Origin: Candidatus Levyibacteriota bacterium
Lineage (GTDB): Bacteria > Patescibacteriota > Microgenomatia > Levybacterales > UBA12049
DNA: 55,514 nt
Assembly: GCA_963790825.1 (NCBI GenBank)
Contig: CAWBPM010000001.1
Location: 1-55,514, forward strand
Reading direction: 5' to 3'
The notes below the pieces were generated by a model. It was not told the origin of the DNA. It searched no databases and saw nothing but the letters and a program-made list of their open reading frames with translations. The position numbers and the translations under genes are program-made. Shown here piece by piece: positions 32,353 through 40,135 of the stretch (positions are counted from its first letter, which is position 1; every line of letters begins with the position of its first letter).

Positions 32353-33627
32353 TTATAATTCTACCACTTTTTCTAACTTTTCTCTATTAGCGTAATTGCC
32401 GATAACTGCTAGGTTCAATCCTTGATTGACAAAGTATTTTTTACCGACAGTATCAACTTGGTCTTTCGTGACTGCGTCAATTTTCCTAAGCACCTCATCG
32501 GGATTTAAGATTTCTTTTTCCAAAAGTTCTTCATGCGCATAATATCCGGCTACCGAACGGCTGTCTTCAAGTTCCAGCACCAGGTGTCCCTTTAAAAATT
32601 CTTTCGCTTTTCTAAGTTCGTCGTCTTTAATATCCATTGCCCCGCTTCCGACCCTTTTATATTCCTCCATAATAACAGAAATTGCCTCATCTACTCGTTT
32701 TGGATCAATTCCCGCCATCGTAACGACACTGCCGCAATCCAGATAATGATCGGAGTGTGTCCGAACATAATAGGCCAGTCCCCGCTTCTCTCTGACATCA
32801 TGAAAGAGCCGTGAGCTCATGCCTCCGCCCAGAATAGACGCAAGTACCGACAATTCATACCGATCAGGAGAATCCAACGGCACACTTCGAACGCCAAGCG
32901 CGATATGGACTTGCTCTGTTTGTTTTTCCCGAAGTAAAAGATTGGGTTTTTCCTGCGCCTCTTTTATTTTTTCATATTGTTTGGTCGCAAATTTTTTCAT
33001 GGGCGAAAAATAGGTATTTGTCAGTTCTTTTATTTTTCTTTCGTCGATTCCTCCGGCAATAACTACTGTTATATTGTCCGCGCTGTAGAGGCTGTTCATA
33101 TAGGTTACGAAGTCTTCCCTGATAATCTTTTTAATAATCTCTTTCTCGCCTGCAATATCCCATCCCATTGGTGTGTCTCCATAGAGAAGAGATTCATAAA
33201 TGTCGCCGATTTTCCGCATTGGTGTGTCCTCGTACATGTTAATTTCCTCAATAATGACGCCTTTTTCTTTATCTATTTCTACTTGGTCAAGCTTGCTGTG
33301 CATGAGCATGTCAGAGAGGAGATCAATGCAAAGTTCAATGTTATTTTTCCCGGCTTTTACATAATAACCGGTTGTTTCTTTACCCGTAAACGCATTAAAT
33401 TCTCCGCCTATGCCATCAATGAGGCTTGAGATGTCCATAGCAGTCGGACGCCTGTCTGTGCCCTTAAATGCCATGTGTTCTAAGAAGTGAGAAATTCCGT
33501 TATTTTGTTTATTTTCGTAGCGGCTGCCAGCCCCTACCATAACCAAAACTGTAGCACTTTCAAAAGAAGGCATAGGAACAGTTAGGAGACGAAGTCCATT
33601 CGGAAGAACTGTTCGATTAAATAGCAT
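32353..33627 (-). CDS. M16-family (pitrilysin-like) zinc peptidase
   Basis: HFLEHMAFKGT (HxxEH). ATG 33627 is preferred to the upstream track start because a TGCTAGAAT box lies inside the extension. Confidence 0.9.
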   Translation of the reverse strand: MLFNRTVLPNGLRLLTVPMPSFESATVLVMVGAGSRYENKQNNGISHFLEHMAFKGTDRRPTAMDISSLIDGIGGEFNAFTGKETTGYYVKAGKNNIELCIDLLSDMLMHSKLDQVEIDKEKGVIIEEINMYEDTPMRKIGDIYESLLYGDTPMGWDIAGEKEIIKKIIREDFVTYMNSLYSADNITVVIAGGIDERKIKELTNTYFSPMKKFATKQYEKIKEAQEKPNLLLREKQTEQVHIALGVRSVPLDSPDRYELSVLASILGGGMSSRLFHDVREKRGLAYYVRTHSDHYLDCGSVVTMAGIDPKRVDEAISVIMEEYKRVGSGAMDIKDDELRKAKEFLKGHLVLELEDSRSVAGYYAHEELLEKEILNPDEVLRKIDAVTKDQVDTVGKKYFVNQGLNLAVIGNYANREKLEKVVEL

Positions 33628-33634
33628 ACGTGGT

Positions 33635-33643
33635 ATTCTAGCA
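33635..33643 (-). promoter_or_regulatory. Extended -10 element TGCTAGAAT 7 nt upstream of the M16 peptidase ATG (possible leaderless transcript)
   Basis: The reverse strand reads TGCTAGAAT-ACCACGT-ATG. Confidence 0.45.
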
Positions 33644-33738
33644 CGAAGGGTTGTCTTTGCCAAGGAGGGTTTATGTGGCTATTCAGTTAATTCCAAACAA
33701 AACTAACTGAATATCGGGAAAACTAAATACACCTGAAG

Positions 33739-35454
33739 CTACATTCTCTCCGGTGCGGCAATGCCGAGGAGACCCAGGCCTTTTTTAAGAGTTTCACCTA
33801 CTGCTTCTGTTAAAGCAAGCCTGAAATGTTCAGTTTCTTTCTCTTGTTTAAGTATCGGCATTTTCTGATAAAATAAATTAAAATCTTGTGCCAGCTCAAA
33901 AAGATAGAGACATAAAGTGCTTGGACTAAAGCTCTCGGCAGCTTCCTGAACAATCTCCTGAAAATGGAGAAGCTTTCTCAGTAACTGCAATTCTTCAGGC
34001 TGAAAATCTGAATAAGCAATAATAAATTCAGCCTTTTCCAACCCTGCTTTTTTCAACACACTTTGAGTTCTGGCATAGGTATATTGAAGATACGGGCCGG
34101 AGTTACCTTGCATATTTAAAAGATCATCCCAATCAAAAATAATATCCTGCTCCGGACTACGCCTTAAATCATTCCATTTAATCGCACCGATTGCAACTTG
34201 CTTAGCGAGATTTATATCTCCATTGGCTGAAAATTTTTGTGCTCTCGTTATTGCTTCTGCTAATACTTTTTCCAACCAAATCACATTTCCTTTTCTGGTT
34301 GACATTTTCTGGTCTTTGAAGCGGTAATGACCGTGTTTTATGTGAATCCTCTGTTCTTCCTTAAACCAACCAAGTATTTTTTCAAGTCTATATAATTGTC
34401 TGAAATAGAGGGTTTGTTCTGCTCCAACTTCATTGATGATTGTAATATCCTTCCCATAATGCTCAAGCCTAAACTGATCAGTAGTCAAATCTCTGGTCGC
34501 ATATAACGTTGCCCCATCTTTTTTCAGAATCATGAGTGGTGGCAACTTTGTCTCCTTCGGAAACTGAACAATTTTGGCTCCTTCATCTCCTGCTTCAAGT
34601 AAACCTCTTTTCTTAAGCTCATCAATTACCGACTGCATTTTGTCTTCAAAAAACGCTTCTCCATATCCCCTGCCCTGATTTTCAGTAAACGAAATGCCTA
34701 ACTCCTTATAAATCACATTAAATTCTTTCCATGACCAGTCAATACATTTTTGCCATAGCCTTCGCGCTTCCGGATCTCCGTCCTCAAGTTTTTTAAACCA
34801 TTCACGAGCTTCAACTTCAAGTTCCGGTTGCTTTTCAGCTTCTTGATGAAATTTCACATATAGCTCAACAAGTTCTTTTACTGGTCGATCTGACTTCTCA
34901 ATGTCCTCTTCATTTCCCCACTTTTTGATCGCATAAATTTGCTTTCCGAACTGCGTTCCCCAATCACCGACATGATTATCTCTATATACTTCCCATCCCG
35001 TTGCTTCTAATAAATTTGCAATTGTGTCCCCGATAATTGTTGACCTAAGATGACCTATTGTGAAAGGTTTTGCTATATTTGGAGAGGAGTATTCGACAAC
35101 GACTTTTTTTCCTTTATGTATCTCTTCTATATCTTTTAATAATGCGTCATTTGAAGATGATTGCAAATTCCTTACTACAAATGCAGGTTTGATCCAAAAA
35201 TTAATAAACCCCGGCTTTACAATTTCGATCTTTTCAATCTCCTCTCTCAAATTCTCTGTTAAGCTGTTTTTTATCTCCCCGGCTATATCAAACGGCGATT
35301 TTCCCAGCTTTTTCGAAGCAAGAAAAGAAATATTAGTCGTATAGTCTCCACGATTCGGATCTTGGGAAATTTGTACTTGAACGGGCACGTCGGAAATTCC
35401 CATTTGCCTTAGTATTTGTTCTAATTCTTTTTTAATTCGTTTTTGTAATAACAT
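33739..35454 (-). CDS. argS: Arginyl-tRNA synthetase
   Basis: SSPNIAKPFTIGHLRS (HIGH region), KMSTRKG (KMSKS-like) and a C-terminal anticodon-binding domain ending in M. Confidence 0.95.
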   Translation of the reverse strand: MLLQKRIKKELEQILRQMGISDVPVQVQISQDPNRGDYTTNISFLASKKLGKSPFDIAGEIKNSLTENLREEIEKIEIVKPGFINFWIKPAFVVRNLQSSSNDALLKDIEEIHKGKKVVVEYSSPNIAKPFTIGHLRSTIIGDTIANLLEATGWEVYRDNHVGDWGTQFGKQIYAIKKWGNEEDIEKSDRPVKELVELYVKFHQEAEKQPELEVEAREWFKKLEDGDPEARRLWQKCIDWSWKEFNVIYKELGISFTENQGRGYGEAFFEDKMQSVIDELKKRGLLEAGDEGAKIVQFPKETKLPPLMILKKDGATLYATRDLTTDQFRLEHYGKDITIINEVGAEQTLYFRQLYRLEKILGWFKEEQRIHIKHGHYRFKDQKMSTRKGNVIWLEKVLAEAITRAQKFSANGDINLAKQVAIGAIKWNDLRRSPEQDIIFDWDDLLNMQGNSGPYLQYTYARTQSVLKKAGLEKAEFIIAYSDFQPEELQLLRKLLHFQEIVQEAAESFSPSTLCLYLFELAQDFNLFYQKMPILKQEKETEHFRLALTEAVGETLKKGLGLLGIAAPERM

Positions 35455-35609
35455 AAGCTTTCATATTATACACGATTTTTTCATTCTTTAGATTTTGGAG
35501 ATAATTAGTCGTTGTAGAGCCTGCTTGTGATTTTTAGCTCAGTTCTACAGCGAAAATCGTTGTTTTAGGTCTTGCAATTTACAGAAAGAGATGATAGCGT
35601 AAAAGTACT

Positions 35610-35999
35610 ATGAAAATTCTTCTGGTTGATGATGATGGAGCTTTGGTTACTATCCTAAGTGCTACTTTCTCTCAAAATGTCATTGATACAATTACAGCTC
35701 CCGATGGCAAGACCGGCATTGAAATGGCAAAAACTGAAAAGCCGGATTTTATTCTTCTAGATCAGGTTTTACCCGATATCCAGGGAAACGAAGTTCTGGC
35801 AACGCTCAAAGAGTCGCTTGAGACAAAAGAGATTCCTGTCGCTATGCTTTCAAATTATAGTGATACACAGCTGATGCAGGAGGCATTAAATAAAGGAGCG
35901 ATGGATTACATCCTCAAATATCAGATTGAGCCTCAGGACTTAGTCAATAAAGTCCAACAACTCTATAAAGAAGCAAGAGCGCTGGTGGGAGGAGCTTAG
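35610..35999 (+). CDS. Single-domain response regulator (receiver only)
   Basis: KILLVDDD, phospho-acceptor context DFILLDQVLPD, no output domain. Confidence 0.9.
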   Translation: MKILLVDDDGALVTILSATFSQNVIDTITAPDGKTGIEMAKTEKPDFILLDQVLPDIQGNEVLATLKESLETKEIPVAMLSNYSDTQLMQEALNKGAMDYILKYQIEPQDLVNKVQQLYKEARALVGGA

Positions 36000-36004
36000 G
36001 GAGA

Positions 36005-36367
36005 ATGGACACAAAACCCGATTATCAAAAAACCCTCACTAACGTGATCAAAAAACAGATAGCTATCTTCGGTCCGACAATTACCTTTGTAGAACTGCGA
36101 AAAATTAAAGGATTACAAATTAGTACGTCGGGAGATGTGTTGTCATTAAGCGATGACCCATCTCAAACTATGCAATCGCTTATTGACAATTTTACCCAGC
36201 TTTCTCCTTTTATCACCAGGAGAATCATTGAGCCGCTTTACCCGAAGTACAAAAGCTCCATCGCAGGTATCCAAGCTCAGCGTCAAGTTACAAATAGTCT
36301 CCATCAGGATTTTTTCTTCCAAGCTTCCTTGCCAGGAGATACGAAAGAAATAAAAAGTTTCAATTAG
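36005..36367 (+). CDS. Hypothetical protein between the response regulator and the histidine kinase
   Basis: Open frame tightly packed in the operon, with a 5-nt gap upstream and a 34-nt gap downstream. No motif recognised. Confidence 0.55.
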   Translation: MDTKPDYQKTLTNVIKKQIAIFGPTITFVELRKIKGLQISTSGDVLSLSDDPSQTMQSLIDNFTQLSPFITRRIIEPLYPKYKSSIAGIQAQRQVTNSLHQDFFFQASLPGDTKEIKSFN

Positions 36368-36401
36368 TATTAAGGTATAAAGCGAGTAAAAATATATTGG
36401 T

Positions 36402-38120
36402 ATGAATCTGCCCATTCTACTACCGATTATTAGTACCATTTTTTTTGGGATACTTGCTGTGTTTTACTCCCTAAGAGAGGAAAAGGTAAGAAAAATTCTT
36501 CGTGTTAGTGATATTAGTAGAAGACAGAACCTTTATGAAATTGCTATTCTGAAAGAAATTCAGGACAGAGTCGGTTATTCCTTTGATGCTGAGAAGGTAA
36601 TTGACGTTATAACAGGCAGTATACGAACGCTTATCTCCTATTCAACCACTTCGTCTTTGTTGGTTCGTGATCATACGTGGATACTAAAAAATTATCTCGA
36701 GGAAGGAGTCAGTCAGGAATTTCTCACTGCAGTAAAAAACAGTATGTCGGCATCGGTTACCGCATTGTCCGGAGAAAGTCCCAATATTATTAAAGAAACT
36801 GTTTCAGGTGTCGTTGTTGATAGCCAAAATCATAAGGAATTAGCTTCCTATTTCCATATTCCACTTATGGTAAATGAACGTGTCGTAGGACTGATTACCA
36901 TTGCTTCAACCAAACAGAATATTTACAAAGAAGAAGATATGCTGACTCTATACCGAATAGCCAATCAGGCGGCGCTCGCTTTGTCTAGACTGGAAAATGT
37001 GTTGTCCATTGAAAAAGAGAAGCTTAATGCAATGATTGCGAGCCTGGTTGATGGAGTCTTTATGGTAGATATGAATAGTCAATTACTAATGATGAATCAA
37101 GCCACAAAAAACTATCTGAAAATTATGAAAGATGATCCAACAATTATTGATATTTTAAAAGCCATGCCGAATACTTATAATTTCGGCTTGAAAATCCAAC
37201 AGGCAATTCTGGAAAATAAAACCATCGCACAAAAAGAAGTACAAATTAGCAACAGTTTTTTTGAAATTTATATCACACCTGTCCTAAAGCCGTTGTGGCT
37301 CGGTATAGAACAATTCGATTCTCCTCTTCAAACTGTCATCGGTGCATCAATTCTTATCCACGATGTAACCTTAGAAAAATCTGCCGAACGAATGAAAGAA
37401 GATTTTACCAATATCATTGTCCACGAACTTCGCAGTCCGGTAACAGCGATTAAAGCAGCTTCGCAATTTATTATCAGCGATAATAACAAGCTGCAAGACG
37501 AGGACAGGCGAAAAATGCTGCTACTTATTAACAATCAAGCAATTAAGCTGCTTGATGATATTGCGTTGATCCTTGATGCCGCCAAGCTGCAAGCGGGATT
37601 ATTCACGTTGCAAAAGGTCGACACGGATTTAGCAAAACTAATCGCTGAGAAACTTAATTTTTTTAGACCTGAAGCTGACAGTAAACATATTGAACTTAGT
37701 GAAAACATGCAACCCGATTTGCCGCTTATTTCTGTCGATCCGATTCATACCTCGCAGGTTATTAATAATCTTCTCTCGAACAGCTTAAAATTTACTCCAA
37801 TAGGTGGAAAAATCAGTATTACTGCTGCGAAAGAAAATGATTCAATTCGAGTTTCGGTAATAGATAATGGCTCGGGTATTGCGAAAGATAAACAAAGCAG
37901 TCTATTTGAAAAATTCTCTCAAGTACAAACACCGAATGCCCACGTCGGTACAGGACTAGGTCTTTACATCGTCAAAGGAATTGTCCAAGCACACGGCGGA
38001 ACAGTATCACTAACCTCTGATTTGGGTGTAGGAACAATAATTACTTTTACCCTTCCTCTTCATCCTCATCCGAATGAAACTGCTGTTCCTCAGTCCATGA
38101 CTCAACCTATAACAAACTAA
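36402..38120 (+). CDS. Sensor histidine kinase (one TM, GAF-like and PAS-like regions, HisKA, HATPase_c)
   Basis: H-box HELRSPVTAI, N-box NLLSNSLKFT, and G-boxes DNGSGI and GTGLGL. Confidence 0.9.
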   Translation: MNLPILLPIISTIFFGILAVFYSLREEKVRKILRVSDISRRQNLYEIAILKEIQDRVGYSFDAEKVIDVITGSIRTLISYSTTSSLLVRDHTWILKNYLEEGVSQEFLTAVKNSMSASVTALSGESPNIIKETVSGVVVDSQNHKELASYFHIPLMVNERVVGLITIASTKQNIYKEEDMLTLYRIANQAALALSRLENVLSIEKEKLNAMIASLVDGVFMVDMNSQLLMMNQATKNYLKIMKDDPTIIDILKAMPNTYNFGLKIQQAILENKTIAQKEVQISNSFFEIYITPVLKPLWLGIEQFDSPLQTVIGASILIHDVTLEKSAERMKEDFTNIIVHELRSPVTAIKAASQFIISDNNKLQDEDRRKMLLLINNQAIKLLDDIALILDAAKLQAGLFTLQKVDTDLAKLIAEKLNFFRPEADSKHIELSENMQPDLPLISVDPIHTSQVINNLLSNSLKFTPIGGKISITAAKENDSIRVSVIDNGSGIAKDKQSSLFEKFSQVQTPNAHVGTGLGLYIVKGIVQAHGGTVSLTSDLGVGTIITFTLPLHPHPNETAVPQSMTQPITN

Positions 38121-38169
38121 GGCTTTAGCAAATCCTGTTTGCTGTCTGATTCTTCTTTCCTGCGTTTAA

Positions 38170-39393
38170 TCAATAAATAATTGACAGCAATATAAGATAA
38201 TACCCGACACTTATTGCCCAAGGTAAAGACTGGACGCGAAGATCGATATGTAAATTACCGAAATAAGAAACAATTGTTTGAAAATACATAAGAAAAGGCA
38301 AACTAAGAAATAATAAGCCCCGTCCTAATGGAGTAAAGAGAAAACCCGCAATAACAGACAGACTCCCCAGTACCATCAGAATAGGAATCGTCCAGAGTAC
38401 CAAACCATTAACTAAAATTGATAGCAAACCATATTGTCCGAAAGTAGTTAGAAGAATAGGGATGGTAGCAATTTGTGAAACGAAAGTAGTTTGAACATCA
38501 TCGGAAAAAGGGTTATGAGTTTTATTTTTGTTATTCCCCTGGTTTACGGAAGCAAAAAACGAAGGTTTCATCATGATAATTCCTAGGGTCGAAGCAAATG
38601 AGAGCTGAAAACCTACGTCAAAAAAAAGATTGGGGCTAAAAAAGAGCATTACATATGCGGTTATCATAAGCCCAAACGGAACAAAATACTGTCTGCCAAA
38701 AAGTGTTGCTCCAAACCCGATACCAGCCATGATTGTTGCCCTGAGAATTGAGGGCTGCATCCCGGATAAAAAAGCATAAAAAATAATAATGACAATTGTG
38801 ATGAGTATTGCCTGTTTTCGTCTAAGAAACCCCGATAAGACAGCGAGAACCGCTCCCGAAACCAAACTAACATTCATTCCCGATGCGGCAATAACATGCA
38901 TCACGCCCACTGAGCGGAGTGAATCAAGAAAATCCTGTGGCATATTTTCTTTCAAACCAAAGACAATACCTAAAAGCAGTTTTGACGAAGTAGAGGGTAA
39001 CGTCGAATCATACAATTGGGTAATAAGGTTACGAATATTCCCTGAGACGTGATAAAAAATATTATTATCTTCGGCAACGATTCTGATCTTGGGAAAATAC
39101 ATACTTGTTAAGAGTCTACCTTTATACATCTTTACTTGTACTTTGCCTGAAACTTGCAGTAAATCGCCGTATTCATATGTTGGATCTTGTAATGTTGTAA
39201 TAAATATTTGCTCGCTATTTCTAGGCTGAAGACTAAGACTTTGCAGCCGGTTAGTGCTCGGCGAATTAGTTAATCTGGCAGTAAAACTGACCGCTTGTCT
39301 ATCACGATAGTGGGTTTCGCTGTTGAAAAAAATACTGCACCTGATGACAAAAGCTAGAAGAAGAAAAGTAATGACACTAATCTGTTTGAACAT
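38170..39393 (-). CDS. comEC: ComEC/Rec2-family DNA internalisation channel protein, short form without the metallo-beta-lactamase domain
   Basis: N-terminal OB-like region, then a polytopic Competence domain with GVMHVIAASGMNVS. At 407 aa it ends right after the membrane domain. Confidence 0.8.
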   Translation of the reverse strand: MFKQISVITFLLLAFVIRCSIFFNSETHYRDRQAVSFTARLTNSPSTNRLQSLSLQPRNSEQIFITTLQDPTYEYGDLLQVSGKVQVKMYKGRLLTSMYFPKIRIVAEDNNIFYHVSGNIRNLITQLYDSTLPSTSSKLLLGIVFGLKENMPQDFLDSLRSVGVMHVIAASGMNVSLVSGAVLAVLSGFLRRKQAILITIVIIIFYAFLSGMQPSILRATIMAGIGFGATLFGRQYFVPFGLMITAYVMLFFSPNLFFDVGFQLSFASTLGIIMMKPSFFASVNQGNNKNKTHNPFSDDVQTTFVSQIATIPILLTTFGQYGLLSILVNGLVLWTIPILMVLGSLSVIAGFLFTPLGRGLLFLSLPFLMYFQTIVSYFGNLHIDLRVQSLPWAISVGYYLILLSIIY

Positions 39394-39413
39394 ATCATAA
39401 ACGTGTAAATTTA

Positions 39414-40067
39414 CTAATTGAGAGAGACTTTATCTTTAATCTCAGAAAATACTTTTGTGTTGACAACTTTTTTCGTTTGCAAATCTTCTATATTAATATA
39501 TGGACGGTTTTCAATTATTTTATCGGCAGTTACTTTCCCGACTCCGGGCAAATTATCCAGCTCCGCCTCGCTTGCCGAATTTATTGGAATCAAAGAAGTA
39601 CCTCCCGCCAGTTCATCTTGTCCCGTACTGACTCCCCCGCTTGAATTATCACCAAGAAAAGGAAGATAAATTTTTGCTCCATCGACAAGCTTTTGTGCAA
39701 GGTTAGTATTTTGAGCAATTTTTTTGTGGTCTGCATTTGCTGTAAATCCTCCGGCTTTAACAACTGCGTCTTGTAACCTGCTATCCGCGTTCAATGTATA
39801 CACGCCCGGATTTTGCACTGCCCCTTCTATGTCAATCGTAATAGTACCTACAATTTTCGTACTCGAAGAGACAGGTTGCGTCGAGTCACTATCTACTGCT
39901 TGGCGCACTTGGTTATCAGATGGGAATGTTTCCGAAGAAGATGAGTTGCTGCTTGTAAATAAATTGAATAAACCGTAGCCTAAAAATAAGAAGCCTATTA
40001 CTCCAAGGGCTATTAATACTTGATATTCTTTAATAAGCGAACCATATTTCTCCCATAACTCTTCCAT
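39414..40067 (-). CDS. comEA: ComEA-like DNA receptor (TM anchor, SLBB-like domain, helix-hairpin-helix)
   Basis: C-terminal INSASEAELDNLPGVGKVTADKIIENRPY is a tandem HhH motif. The upstream segment GAVQNPGVYTL...GG is SLBB-like. Confidence 0.85.
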   Translation of the reverse strand: MEELWEKYGSLIKEYQVLIALGVIGFLFLGYGLFNLFTSSNSSSSETFPSDNQVRQAVDSDSTQPVSSSTKIVGTITIDIEGAVQNPGVYTLNADSRLQDAVVKAGGFTANADHKKIAQNTNLAQKLVDGAKIYLPFLGDNSSGGVSTGQDELAGGTSLIPINSASEAELDNLPGVGKVTADKIIENRPYINIEDLQTKKVVNTKVFSEIKDKVSLN

Positions 40068-40135
40068 ATGTTTTCAGGGTAGCACACTTTTGCCATTTTA
40101 TGGAAGAGCTTAAAAGAAAATATGACTTTATTTTT

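Noticed and set aside
32977-33429. 150-aa ORF antisense to the M16 peptidase gene
   Set aside because: The opposite strand carries an unambiguous HxxEH peptidase, and the antisense product has no features.
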